Of a DNA stretch of 64,000 bases, positions 35,004-46,820 are shown piece by piece. Under the pieces are notes generated by a model. It saw only the letters and a program-made list of their open reading frames with translations. It had not been told where the DNA came from and ran no database searches. Source of the stretch: a bacterium (lineage in GTDB: Bacteria; Electryoneota; Electryoneia; Electryoneales; Electryoneaceae); assembly GCA_963675295.2 (NCBI GenBank), contig CAXXKJ010000002.1, forward strand, positions 2,080,001 to 2,144,000. The letters run 5' to 3'. The translations under genes and the position numbers were made by a program. How positions within the stretch are numbered: position 1 is the first letter of the stretch; each line of letters starts with the position of its first letter.

Positions 35004-35402
35004 CTACTCAGTGAGTTCCCGGGGTGCGTCCTGCTCCCGCGTCGAGTCCTTCACCGTCGGCCGTCCCAAATTACGATACTCTTCCAACTTGAACAGGAAG
35101 GCGTCAGCAGTGTCATCACCGATCGAGCGGCGCATCTCCTCGACCATCGTCCGCACTTCTGTTTCCTGTTCGGTAAGCCGCTGGACATAATCCGCGCCGA
35201 GCTTATTCTGAGCGTCTTCGGCGCTGATTTCGTTGTTACGCAGCTGGCTCATGGTGTCGGACAGTTCCATCACCATCGACCGGTACTTCTCCAGCGCGAG
35301 CTGGATTTGTTCCTCGGGCGTGTGTTCAGCGCATCCGGAAATGAAAACGAGCGAGAACAGAGCAACGACGATGAGCACATCAAAGCGGGGCAGCTTGATC
35401 AT
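35004..35402 (-). CDS. putative lipoprotein
   Basis: Hydrophobic N-terminus ending ISGC (lipobox); helical body. Confidence 0.6.
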   Translation of the reverse strand: MIKLPRFDVLIVVALFSLVFISGCAEHTPEEQIQLALEKYRSMVMELSDTMSQLRNNEISAEDAQNKLGADYVQRLTEQETEVRTMVEEMRRSIGDDTADAFLFKLEEYRNLGRPTVKDSTREQDAPRELTE

Positions 35403-35530
35403 GGGGGGGACCTCGTAGCTGGTTTTACCGCTTGCAGGATTGGCACAATGAGGGTACTTTCCCATTCATGCCAAAATGACAGTTCCTCCTCAGGTCGAAC
35501 ATCCGAGTATAAGTCATTTTTGAGGGAAAA

Positions 35531-37541
<2,011 letters not shown>

Positions 37542-37549
<8 letters not shown>

Positions 37550-37632
37550 GGTATGAGGTGTGAGGTGTGAGGTGTGAGGTATGAGTGAAACACAAGGCAC
37601 CAAGCACAAAACACAAAGCACAGAAAAACAAG
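37542..37632 (+). repeat. left flank of the four-helix-bundle gene: AGGTRTG x6, then A/C-rich heptamers
   Basis: aggtatg aggtatg aggtgtg aggtgtg aggtgtg aggtatg; overlaps the uvrB stop. Confidence 0.85.
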
Positions 37633-37689
37633 ATATTATAGTTAATTGTTATCGTATCAAATTTTTGAAACATAGAGATGGAGGGTACG

Positions 37690-38049
37690 GTGAGGGATCA
37701 TAGATCATTGAAGGCGTATCAACTAGCTGATAAACTATGTTTAGTGATATACAGAGAAACAAAGACCTTTCCGAAAGATGAGATATTCGGACTTCGATCT
37801 CAAATCCGACGCGCAGCTGTATCAGTAGTCTCAAATATCACTGAAGGCTGTGGACGCAATACAGATGCAGATTTCCTGCGCTTTCTTGATATGGCGTTCG
37901 GGTCAATTCGCGAGTTGGAATATCAGGTATCGCTCGGGAAACGTTTGACGTATTTCAACATGGATCGTATTGAAGAGGTAGAACTCATTCTTGAAGAAAC
38001 AATTCGTGTACTACGCGGATTGATCGATTCGTTTAGAAACAAGTTGTGA
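37690..38049 (+). CDS. four-helix-bundle protein (23S rRNA IVP/S23/Avd-like family)
   Basis: HRSLKAYQ..FPKDEIFGLRSQIRRAAVSVVSNITEGCGR..FLDMAFGSIRELEYQ; visibly AT-richer than neighbours. Confidence 0.92.
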   Translation: MRDHRSLKAYQLADKLCLVIYRETKTFPKDEIFGLRSQIRRAAVSVVSNITEGCGRNTDADFLRFLDMAFGSIRELEYQVSLGKRLTYFNMDRIEEVELILEETIRVLRGLIDSFRNKL

Positions 38050-38065
38050 TACCGGGTGTTTGAGG

Positions 38066-38101
38066 GTTTTACTCACACCTCACACCTCATACCTCACACC
38101 T
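38066..38101 (+). repeat. right flank: CAYACCT x4, reverse complement of the left array
   Basis: ttttact cacacct cacacct catacct cacacct. Confidence 0.85.
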
Positions 38102-38112
38102 GAGAGGTCTTG

Positions 38113-39399
38113 ATGAAAATCCTCATCATCGGCAGCGGCGGCCGTGAACACGCCCTCGCCTGGAAGATTCGCAAGAGCCCGCACGTGACGTGGGTCGGTT
38201 GCGCGCCGGGCAACGGCGGCACAACCGCCGTCGCAGAGAACGTGCAGCTCGACACGTCCAACCCGGACGCTGTCGTCAAGTACGTCATCGACAACGAGAT
38301 CGGCCTCACGGTCATCGGACCGGAAGCGCCGTTGGCGGACGGAATCGTGGACGCGTTCCCCAACGACGGCCAGCACTTTGTCTTCGGCCCCAGCGCGGGC
38401 GCGGCGAAGCTGGAAGCGTCCAAGCGCTGGGCGAAAGAGGTGATGGCGTCCGCCGGTGTCCCGACCGCACGCTGGCGTGGCTTTACCGATGCCGACGAGG
38501 CGATCCGCTACCTCAAGCAACGCAACGAGCCGGTGGTGGTCAAGGCGTCCGGCCTCGCGGCGGGGAAGGGTGTCTACGTCTGCAACAGCGCCGAGGCTGC
38601 GGTGGAAGCGGTCAAGGCGATCATGGTCGACCGTACGTACGGCGATTCAGGCGCGGAGATCATCGTCGAGGAACGCCTTGTCGGCACCGAGGCCAGCCTG
38701 ATCGCGGTGTGTGACGGCACCGATCATTTGGTGCTGGTCCCGTCGCGTGACCACAAGCGTGTTGGCGAGGGCGACACAGGCCCGAACACCGGCGGCATGG
38801 GCGCGATTGCGCCGAATCCGGCTCTCGATGCCGAGACAGTCAAGCTGTGCAGCGAAACCATCATCGCGCCGATCCTGCGGGAGTTGAAGGCGGACGGCAC
38901 CCCGTACAAGGGCGTGTTGTACGCCGGCATCATGTTGACCGAGGACGGTCCGAAAGTGCTCGAATACAACGTGCGCTTCGGCGATCCGGAGACGCAGGTC
39001 GTGCTGCCGTTGCTCAAGGTGGATCTCGTTGACCTGATGCTGCTTTCGGTCGGGGAGAAGCTCGGCCAGTTCATGCAGCAGTTCAACTTGCACAGTGAAG
39101 ACTGGCAGAGTGTCACCGAAACGAAGCATTGCGCGACGGTGGTTTTGGCGTCGCAGGGGTATCCGGGCGCATACGACAAGGGCAAGGCGATCAGCGGTCT
39201 GCCGAAAGAGCAGGACGATCTCGTCGTGTTCCACGCCGGCACAATAGCGGGGGACGGGGGCGTTGTCACCAGTGGCGGACGGGTGCTGAATGTGACCGCG
39301 CTGGGTGAGTCACTCGAGGACGCGCTCGGCAAGGCGTACGCCGCCGCCGATCAGATCCAGTTCGACGGCAAGATGCTCCGTCGCGACATCGGGAAGTGA
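38113..39399 (+). CDS. purD: phosphoribosylamine--glycine ligase
   Basis: GSGGREHALAW, GLAAGKGV, GDTGPNTGGMGA, EYNVRFGDPETQ. Confidence 0.98.
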   Translation: MKILIIGSGGREHALAWKIRKSPHVTWVGCAPGNGGTTAVAENVQLDTSNPDAVVKYVIDNEIGLTVIGPEAPLADGIVDAFPNDGQHFVFGPSAGAAKLEASKRWAKEVMASAGVPTARWRGFTDADEAIRYLKQRNEPVVVKASGLAAGKGVYVCNSAEAAVEAVKAIMVDRTYGDSGAEIIVEERLVGTEASLIAVCDGTDHLVLVPSRDHKRVGEGDTGPNTGGMGAIAPNPALDAETVKLCSETIIAPILRELKADGTPYKGVLYAGIMLTEDGPKVLEYNVRFGDPETQVVLPLLKVDLVDLMLLSVGEKLGQFMQQFNLHSEDWQSVTETKHCATVVLASQGYPGAYDKGKAISGLPKEQDDLVVFHAGTIAGDGGVVTSGGRVLNVTALGESLEDALGKAYAAADQIQFDGKMLRRDIGK

Positions 39400-39410
39400 T
39401 GCTGTAACCC

Positions 39411-39438
39411 GAGAGACGAAAGACGCGAGACGAGAGAC
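39411..39438 (+). repeat. heptamer array GNRAGAC x4
   Basis: gagagac gaaagac gcgagac gagagac; reverse-complement type of the 25575 array. Confidence 0.75.
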
Positions 39439-39439
39439 G

Positions 39440-40159
39440 ATGAGAATCCGCTTCCTCGGCACCGGCGCGGGCAATCCGCACCCCAGTCGCATGACCAGTT
39501 CGACCCTGATTGAGGGCCCGGACGGCGCGTTGTTGCTGGATGCCGGAGAGGGGTGTTCGCAGCGTCTGGTCGAACCGGACATCTGGTCACAAGAGGTGCG
39601 ATCGGTTGTGATCACGCACCGTCACGTCGACCACCTGTCCGGCCTGCCGATGTTGCTCAGCGGGTACAAGGGCGCGCAGCGACGGACGCCGTTGGAGATC
39701 CATGTGCACCCGGATCTGATGGAACCACTGCGGCGTTGGATCGATACTCTCAAGCAGGGTGATCAGCACCAGCCGTTCGAGCTGAGCTGGGTACCGTTAC
39801 ACGAGGGTGCATTTAACCCCGCCAGCGGCCACGACGGTTTCATCTGGAAGAACGATCACCTCGCGCCGGACGATCTCGGCGGCTGTCACAGCCTGGCGTT
39901 GAACCTGGATGGCGACCGTTGGGTGTTCAGCGGCGACATTGGCAGCTTCGCGTCGATCGAGCCGTACCTCGACGACACAACCGGGCTGATCGTCGAGTCG
40001 CGCCATGTCGACCCGGAGGAAAGCGTGCAGCGGGCGCGCAAGCGTGGCGTCGAGCACGTCATCCTGACTCATGTCGCCCGTGATCTGACACCGTTCCCGA
40101 TTGAGGGCGCGCGCTGGGCGAACGACAATCTGGTGCTGGATACAAAAGACTATTCGTGA
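39440..40159 (+). CDS. RNase Z-like metallo-beta-lactamase-fold hydrolase
   Basis: FLGTGAG, LLDAGEG, THRHVDHLSG (HxHxDH), FSGD, LTHV. Confidence 0.82.
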   Translation: MRIRFLGTGAGNPHPSRMTSSTLIEGPDGALLLDAGEGCSQRLVEPDIWSQEVRSVVITHRHVDHLSGLPMLLSGYKGAQRRTPLEIHVHPDLMEPLRRWIDTLKQGDQHQPFELSWVPLHEGAFNPASGHDGFIWKNDHLAPDDLGGCHSLALNLDGDRWVFSGDIGSFASIEPYLDDTTGLIVESRHVDPEESVQRARKRGVEHVILTHVARDLTPFPIEGARWANDNLVLDTKDYS

Positions 40160-40164
40160 GGATC

Positions 40165-40394
40165 GTGCCCGTGTCTAACTGCAAGTGCCCGTGTCTGCTT
40201 GCAGACGCGGACCCGGGAAGGTGACTGCAACTTGTGCCCGTGTCTAACTGCAAGTGCCCGTGTCTGCTTGCAGACGCGGACCCGGTAAGGTGACTGCAAC
40301 TTGAGCCCCGTGTCGCAGAAGATGCAGACGCGGACCAGGTAAGGTGACTGCAACTTGAGCCCCGTGTCGCAGAAGATGCAGACGCGGACCCGGA
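40165..40394. repeat. tandem composite repeat (69+69+54+38 bp) of REP-like units
   Basis: TGCAGACGCGGACC at 40200, 40269, 40323, 40377; hairpin CCGTGTCTGC-TT-GCAGACGCGG in units 1-2. Confidence 0.85.
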
Positions 40395-40430
40395 TAGACG
40401 AAAACGTTGGAACGCTGAGGTGGAGACCCA

Positions 40431-41564
40431 ATGACTCAGCAGGAAGCCAATCTGGCGGTACGTGACCGGTTGATCGGCGCGAGCGATGCGATCGAGGAGA
40501 TCCGTATCCTCGCGCGCCGTGTCGCCGGGACAAAGATCTCGGTGCTCATCATGGGTGAGAGCGGGACCGGTAAGGATGTGGTCGCGCGGATGATCCATGA
40601 CCTGAGTCCACGCCGTGACGCGCCCTTCGTGCCGGTGAACTGTGGTGCGATCCCGGAGACATTGTTCGAGTCCGAAATGTTCGGGCATGAGCGTGGATCG
40701 TTTACCGGAGCGGAGAAACAGCGCAAGGGGTTCTTCGAACAGGCGGACGGTGGCACGCTTTTCCTCGATGAAATCGGCGAGATGCCGCTCGAGATGCAGG
40801 CGAAAATGCTGCGTGCGCTCGAGACGGGGACCTATTTCCGTGTCGGCGGCAGCAAGGCGGTGAAGACGGATGTCCGGCTGCTCGCCGCGACCAACCGTGA
40901 CCTGCGCCAGGCGGTGGAACGGGCCGCGTTCCGTGAGGATCTGTACTACCGGATTCGTGCGGTAGAGATGAATTTACCGCCGTTGCGTGAACGTCCGGAG
41001 GACATCCCGCCGCTGGTCGATCACTTCGCCGATGAGTTTTTCCGCGACAACAATATTCCGCGCCAACGTATCCTACCGCGCGCGATGCGGGCGATTGTCG
41101 ATCATGACTGGCAGGGCAATGTGCGCGAGCTGAAACATTTCGTCGGCACCTTGCTGACCCTCGAGTATGACGGTCCGATCGACGAGGACGCGGTCCATCG
41201 TCACCTGCCGCAGCCGGCGTTCTCGCCGCGCAACCTGCCGGTGCTCGCAGCTCCGGAGCGCGGGTCGTTGGATGCGGACCTCATCTTGCAGCAACTTCTC
41301 GACTTGCGCCGGGATGTGGGTCAGATTCGTGACATGCTCGCGCAACTGTTGTTATGGGGTCGCATTCCGGGCCAGTTGCCGGAGAGTGTCAGCTACCATC
41401 CAATTGACGAGGAAGCACCGAAACGGCCGACGTTGGATGAAATCGAACGCGAACAGATCCGTCTCGCGCTCGAGGAATACAATGGCAACCGCCGCAAGGC
41501 CGCGAAGTCGCTCGGGATTGGTGAACGCACGCTGTACCGCAAGATCAAGGAGTACGACCTGTGA
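40431..41564 (+). CDS. sigma-54-dependent activator (AAA+ and Fis HTH), no N-terminal sensor domain
   Basis: GESGTGKD, ESEMFGHERGSFTGA, LFLDEIGE, WQGNVREL, LGIGERTLYRK. Confidence 0.92.
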   Translation: MTQQEANLAVRDRLIGASDAIEEIRILARRVAGTKISVLIMGESGTGKDVVARMIHDLSPRRDAPFVPVNCGAIPETLFESEMFGHERGSFTGAEKQRKGFFEQADGGTLFLDEIGEMPLEMQAKMLRALETGTYFRVGGSKAVKTDVRLLAATNRDLRQAVERAAFREDLYYRIRAVEMNLPPLRERPEDIPPLVDHFADEFFRDNNIPRQRILPRAMRAIVDHDWQGNVRELKHFVGTLLTLEYDGPIDEDAVHRHLPQPAFSPRNLPVLAAPERGSLDADLILQQLLDLRRDVGQIRDMLAQLLLWGRIPGQLPESVSYHPIDEEAPKRPTLDEIEREQIRLALEEYNGNRRKAAKSLGIGERTLYRKIKEYDL

Positions 41565-42067
41565 GGCAACTCGGGAAGTGGACGGGGGTTCTGGCCCTGA
41601 CTTTGCTGCTCCTGCAGGTGAGCGGTTGCGGCGTTTATTCCTTCAGTGGTGCCGCGCCGAGTCACATCAAGTCGATCGCGGTACCGCCGTTCGACAACCA
41701 GACCGCGGAGTTTGGCCTGGCGCAGGATCTGGCCGATGCATTGATTGAGGAATTCGTTGACGACAACACCTTCAAGGTGTACGATCTGCGTCAGTCGGAT
41801 TCGGTATTATACGGCACGATTGTCCGCGTCAATGACGCGCCCAACACCATTACCGCGAGTGAAGCCGTTGAGGAGTATAAGGTTACGATCACGGTTCGCG
41901 TACGGTATGAAGATCTCGTGAAAGGCAAGGTTGTATGGGAAGAGACAATCTCGGCCTTCGGCATCTTCCCCGCTGGCGGTGGGTTGGCCGAACGGGAGGC
42001 GGGGGTGGAGGAAGCTACGAAGAAGCTGACCGAAGACATTCTCAACAAGACGGTGTCGGGATGGTAA
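41561..42067 (+). CDS. lptE: LptE-like lipoprotein
   Basis: Lipobox VSGC-GVYSF, IAVPPFDNQT, C-terminal W; follows a sigma-54 activator. Confidence 0.75.
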   Translation: MRQLGKWTGVLALTLLLLQVSGCGVYSFSGAAPSHIKSIAVPPFDNQTAEFGLAQDLADALIEEFVDDNTFKVYDLRQSDSVLYGTIVRVNDAPNTITASEAVEEYKVTITVRVRYEDLVKGKVVWEETISAFGIFPAGGGLAEREAGVEEATKKLTEDILNKTVSGW

Positions 42068-43167
42068 TCGCCCAGGTAAAAGCTGGTGAGGCCCCGCCGC
42101 AGGTGGTGATGGACATCGTACGGCGTCTCGAAGCGGGACAGGTCCTCCTGTTGCCGACCGACACGGTGTACGGTCTCCACGCCCTCGCGCGCAATGCCGC
42201 GGCGGTGGATCGCATTCGCAAGATCAAGGGACTGGATGATAATCGTCCGTTCGTCAATTTGTTCGCCAGCGCCGTCGGTTTGGGCAAATATGTCCGTCTG
42301 CCTGAGGGCAAGGCAAAGCGGATGATCCTTGATGGCTGGCCCGGCTCGATCACCTGGGTGTTGCCGGCGGCGGAGGGCATGCCGAAGCATCTCGTCGGCG
42401 ACGACAACACGCTCGGCATCCGAATCCCGGACAATCAGTTGATCCGTTCCGTCTGCGCCGCATTGGAAGACCTGATCGTCTCGACCTCGGCGAACCGGCA
42501 CGGCAACCCGCCTGCATCCACCCGCAACGAGCTCGACCCGGAGATCCTGGCAGAGGTGGATGGCTCGGTGATTCAGATGGGACCGCTGTCCGGCCAACCG
42601 AGCGAAGTCAAACGCTGGACCCCGGCCGGGCCGGTGATCCTGCGTTCGCGTGACGGCAACGGCAACAATCGCAACCTGACCAAAATCCTCGTCGTCTGCA
42701 GTGGCAACATCTGCCGCAGCCCGATGGCGGAAGGCATGTTGCGTGACCGGCTCAAGAAAGTGGCGGGGGACAGGTTCGTCGTCCGCAGCGCCGGCACCAT
42801 CGCGACCGAAGGCATGCCGGCGTCGATCGCCGCCGCGCAAGTGATGGAAACGCGTGACGTGGACATCCGTTCTCATCGCAGCCGTCCCGTGTCCCGTGAA
42901 CTGATCGACTGGGCGGATGTGGTGCTGGTGATGACCAGCGACCACCTCGCCGAGCTGCACGAACGCTACGCCGATTCGACCCAGAAGGTGTTCCTCTACT
43001 CGGCGTATCCGGGAATGGACCTCGAAGGCAAGTACGGCGTCGCGGACCCGTACGGTGGCGATGTCGAGGCGTACGAACGTGTCGCGCAGGCGATCGAGAA
43101 GGAAGCCGGCCGTATTGTCGACCACCTTGCGCAGCAGGGCACGCCGGACAAACCCGAGGGAGCGTAG
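42061..43167 (+). CDS. tsaC: TsaC/Sua5 threonylcarbamoyl-AMP synthase fused to an LMW-PTP (YwlE-like) phosphatase
   Basis: PTDTVYGL, STSANRHG; then VCSGNICRSPMAEG and VADPYGG. Confidence 0.85.
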   Translation: MVIAQVKAGEAPPQVVMDIVRRLEAGQVLLLPTDTVYGLHALARNAAAVDRIRKIKGLDDNRPFVNLFASAVGLGKYVRLPEGKAKRMILDGWPGSITWVLPAAEGMPKHLVGDDNTLGIRIPDNQLIRSVCAALEDLIVSTSANRHGNPPASTRNELDPEILAEVDGSVIQMGPLSGQPSEVKRWTPAGPVILRSRDGNGNNRNLTKILVVCSGNICRSPMAEGMLRDRLKKVAGDRFVVRSAGTIATEGMPASIAAAQVMETRDVDIRSHRSRPVSRELIDWADVVLVMTSDHLAELHERYADSTQKVFLYSAYPGMDLEGKYGVADPYGGDVEAYERVAQAIEKEAGRIVDHLAQQGTPDKPEGA

Positions 43168-44220
43168 TTGGAAACGCACCAGCGGATCTTGATTCTGCAA
43201 ACCGCCTTTCTGGGGGACGTGATTCTCACGCTTCCCCTGGTCGAGGCGGTTCGCTCTCTCTGGCCGGACGCGCGGATCGACTTTCTCGTGCGCGCCTCGT
43301 ACGCCGGTTTTCTCGAGGGCCACAAGGATATCAACACCGCGATCCCGTTCGACAAGCGCAAGTCGCACAAGGGGCTGGGCGGCATGCTCAACCTCGCCCG
43401 CAAACTCAGCGCGGTGAACTATGACCTCGCGCTGATCCCGCACCGTTCCTTCCGCAGCGGCCTGATCGCGGCGATGTCCGGCATCCGCAAGCGTGTCGGA
43501 TTCAAGGGAGTTGCCGGATCGTTGTGGTACACCGATTCCGTGATACGCAAGCTGGAAGCGCACGAAGGCGAACGCAATCTCACATTGCTGGACGTTTTCG
43601 AAGGGGCACGTTCGCAGGACTGGGATGTGCGCCCGTGGCTCGACCTGGACGGCCATCCGGCCGCGAACGAGGCTGCGGAGTGGTTGGACGACGCCGAGCT
43701 GCCGCGCCAGAGACGGATCGTGGTGCTCGCGCCGGGCAGTGTCTGGGAGACGAAGCGCTGGCCGGAAGCGCACTGGACCGAGTTGGTCCAGCAGATCGAG
43801 ACCGATCCCGCGCTCGTTCCGGTGATGGTTGGCGGCCCGGAGGACCGGGACTTGTGCGTCCGCATCCGGGAGGCGTCCGGAGGGAACGTGTACAATGCGG
43901 CGGGGCAGTTGTCCGTGGCGGGCAGCGCGGCGTTGATCGCACGGGCGGATCTGTTGATCACAGGCGACACCGCGCCGTTGCACCTCGCGCAGGCGGTGCG
44001 CACGAAAACGCTCGCCATCTTCGGTCCGACGGTTCCGGACTTCGGTTTTGCTCCCACGGGCGCGGAAGACCGGATTATCGGACTGGATCTGCCGTGCCGG
44101 CCATGCGCGATTCACGGCAGCCGTGAGTGTCCGCTCGGGCACCATCATTGCATGCGCTGGCTCGACGCCGGCATGGTCTGGAAGACGGCGCAAACGATGC
44201 TCGCTGCCTCAACCACCTGA
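43168..44220 (+). CDS. waaF: LPS heptosyltransferase II (GT9)
   Basis: QTAFLGDVILTLP, APGSVWETKRWP, GDTAPLHLA, IFGPT, CRPC..HG. Confidence 0.85.
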   Translation: METHQRILILQTAFLGDVILTLPLVEAVRSLWPDARIDFLVRASYAGFLEGHKDINTAIPFDKRKSHKGLGGMLNLARKLSAVNYDLALIPHRSFRSGLIAAMSGIRKRVGFKGVAGSLWYTDSVIRKLEAHEGERNLTLLDVFEGARSQDWDVRPWLDLDGHPAANEAAEWLDDAELPRQRRIVVLAPGSVWETKRWPEAHWTELVQQIETDPALVPVMVGGPEDRDLCVRIREASGGNVYNAAGQLSVAGSAALIARADLLITGDTAPLHLAQAVRTKTLAIFGPTVPDFGFAPTGAEDRIIGLDLPCRPCAIHGSRECPLGHHHCMRWLDAGMVWKTAQTMLAASTT

Positions 44221-44319
44221 TCTCGCCTGGCACCGATCCCTCGTTGCCTCATTCCGCACAACCGCTTCGTGTTCCTATCTTCCACGTAGTTTGCTCGCAT
44301 CAGCAGCTGGGACGGACGT

Positions 44320-46107
44320 GTGACCGATCGACCTCAAACCGTTGAATCTGAAGCGACCCTGGAACTCAAATCCGGGCTGCTGGCGGAATCGCCGGATGTC
44401 ATCACCGCACTCGCGGGGAAGATGGTGTCCACGACGTTGCAGCGGCATCGTGAGTCCAACCGTCGCGGCATCATCGACCCCACCTTCGAGCGCACACATT
44501 TCATCAACCCGCGCTTCCAGGAAAACGCGCTGCTGCTGGCGTTGGCGGGCACGCACGGCGTTGCGGTGCCGGACGGCATGCGCCCGAGCGAACTGCTGAC
44601 CGTCGCGGTGCGTGTGGTTGATGTCTGGCTGCGTGAGCAGCAACGTAACGGCGCGGTGCACAGCACGTTGGAAGGTGGATCGGACCCGATGGCGACGGCG
44701 TGGGGGTTGTACGCGATCTCACGTACCCTTGGGTTGATCAGTAATCAGATCCCGACCATCATGCGCCAGCGCGCGTTGAAAGGGCTGAAGCGTGCCGCGC
44801 GTTACCTGCAACGTGCGCACAGCCTGCCGGGCCCGGAAACCCGTCCGCTCCGCGCGGCGGCGGTCAAGGCGGCGGCCGAGTACCTCGAGTCCGGATCGTT
44901 GCACAGCGTCGCCGAGAATGTCAAGCGGGATGGCGACCGGCTGCTGCACGAACAGCTGCAGCGCACGCTGTTGCCCAATGACGCCGGCGCGTACGCCATC
45001 GCGCTGGCCTACCTCACCCTAAGCACGCCGGAACCGTCCGCTGAAGATTTGGAGCTGTGGAGCACGATCATCGAACGCTGCCGTATGTCGACCACGCCGA
45101 CCGGGATCATGGGCGGCGGGGCGGAGGTCTCGATCGCCTGCCTGCCGTTGCTCACCGGCTTCGGTCTCGCGGCAAAACACATCCCGGAAGCGGACGTTCA
45201 GGTCAAATTGCTCGAACGAGCGTGGGCGTCTCACTGGTACGACGGGTTGATCGACACCGAATCGCCGTGGCTGGTGCCGATGGGCTACCTGATGCTCGAG
45301 TACCGCATCCAACGGCCCTACCAGCCACCGGAGTCCGGGCTGCTCGCGTTCGAACGCGACCGTCTGCTCGCGGAAAACGGGTCCGGCATCTGGCGCGTCG
45401 GCGACTGGTTGCTGCGTCTCGGCGCGGGCGGATCGCTGGGTTGGATGCATCATCTGCCGACCGAATCGACACGCGTCTTCGGCTCGCCGGTGGGGTCGGC
45501 GTTGCGCGAGGGACCATGGATTCTCGAAGGCACACGCATGCGTCACCCGGCGTTGACCGGCCGTTTCCAGGTGCTCGAAGAAGAGGCGCTCACCGTCGAG
45601 GGCGAACTGTTATCGACCTCGATTCCGGGTGTCCAGAACATGCCGCGCACGACCGGTTTCGCCATGTTCCGCCGCCGCTACACGCGCGATGTTATCCGGC
45701 TTACCCCGCCGCAGCAACTGCACTCGATGCGGCTCAACAACCCGTTGCCCTACCGGCGCGAGATCGAGCTCAAGGACGGCGCGTTGACCATCGAGACGAC
45801 GGTTCCGGGACGTGTCACCCACCGTCTGCCGATGATCTGGATCGGCGGACCGTACGGCGAGATGTGGATCGGCAAGAGTAAGGCCCGGGTCGGCAACATG
45901 CTGCAGGAACGGCGGGTACGGGAACTGGCGTTCAAGGGTGGTTTGTGGCCGGATTGGGTGGTGCGTTTCGACCGGCCGGTGGACATTCTCTACGAACCGG
46001 TGAATGTGGCGTTAGCGTCAAGTCCGATGCGGTATCTGAGTGCGGCCTGCGGCACCGTCGACATCATGACCGACGATCGTCTCCACATGGCCTGGCGGGT
46101 CGGGTAA
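44320..46107 (+). CDS. hypothetical protein (595 aa)
   Basis: Long ORF with host-like codon usage; no family recognised. Confidence 0.7.
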   Translation: MTDRPQTVESEATLELKSGLLAESPDVITALAGKMVSTTLQRHRESNRRGIIDPTFERTHFINPRFQENALLLALAGTHGVAVPDGMRPSELLTVAVRVVDVWLREQQRNGAVHSTLEGGSDPMATAWGLYAISRTLGLISNQIPTIMRQRALKGLKRAARYLQRAHSLPGPETRPLRAAAVKAAAEYLESGSLHSVAENVKRDGDRLLHEQLQRTLLPNDAGAYAIALAYLTLSTPEPSAEDLELWSTIIERCRMSTTPTGIMGGGAEVSIACLPLLTGFGLAAKHIPEADVQVKLLERAWASHWYDGLIDTESPWLVPMGYLMLEYRIQRPYQPPESGLLAFERDRLLAENGSGIWRVGDWLLRLGAGGSLGWMHHLPTESTRVFGSPVGSALREGPWILEGTRMRHPALTGRFQVLEEEALTVEGELLSTSIPGVQNMPRTTGFAMFRRRYTRDVIRLTPPQQLHSMRLNNPLPYRREIELKDGALTIETTVPGRVTHRLPMIWIGGPYGEMWIGKSKARVGNMLQERRVRELAFKGGLWPDWVVRFDRPVDILYEPVNVALASSPMRYLSAACGTVDIMTDDRLHMAWRVG

Positions 46108-46121
46108 AAGACGGTACACGA

Positions 46122-46184
46122 TCGGTAAACGGTTATCGGTTACCGGTTACCGACTACCGACTACCGACTACCGACTACCGACTA
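46122..46184. repeat. self-complementary heptamer array NCGGTWA x4 + CCGACTA x5
   Basis: tcggtaa acggtta tcggtta ccggtta then ccgacta x5, between convergent genes. Confidence 0.85.
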
Positions 46185-46194
46185 CCTGAAACCA

Positions 46195-46629
46195 TCACCC
46201 AACCACATCTTCCCCTTCATCATCCGCTTCGATCTGAGGAGTACCGGCCTGAGCACGAGCTTCCTCGAGACGGTCGCGCAGCAATTCCACATCCTGCCGC
46301 AGGTGTTCCTTCTCGGATTCGTTGTGCTCGGCTTCCCCGCGTAGCGTCTCCACCTCTTCCTTCAGCTCGTCCAGTTCGGTGGTCAGTTTCTTTTTCGCGC
46401 GCTTGACCCTGCCGAGTTCACTCAGGGTTTGCAGCTGTTGGAACACAGCGATCAGCAGAAACGAGATCATCCCCAGCGCAAAGGCGACGAACAGCGCGAC
46501 ATACAGCGGGATCGGGCCGGAATGCCAGTTCAACAACGTGATACCGTCGATCTGTGTCTGATTCTGCAACGAGAATCCGAGCACGGCGACGATGATAACC
46601 ACCAGCACGATCCAACGAATAATCCACAT
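46195..46629 (-). CDS. LapA-family membrane protein
   Basis: Two TM helices with FSLQN linker, then a coiled coil. Confidence 0.7.
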   Translation of the reverse strand: MWIIRWIVLVVIIVAVLGFSLQNQTQIDGITLLNWHSGPIPLYVALFVAFALGMISFLLIAVFQQLQTLSELGRVKRAKKKLTTELDELKEEVETLRGEAEHNESEKEHLRQDVELLRDRLEEARAQAGTPQIEADDEGEDVVG

Positions 46630-46820
46630 AGTCCAGCCTCCACGGGGATTGCGAGCGTTCTCGCCTAATCTAATGGATTAAACAGCCCGGAGCCTCCTTG
46701 AGTTCCCGGGCTGAGCCGTGTTCTGAAGTCATTGCACGGTCCCAAACAAACACCGTCCCCAATCAAACGCGAGCCGCAAACGGTCATCACCCAGAAACCA
46801 TCACCACCCAAAAACATCAC

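Noticed and set aside
40165-40394. Possible CRISPR array
   Set aside because: The sequences between the repeats are duplicates of each other rather than unique spacers, and there are no cas genes in the window.
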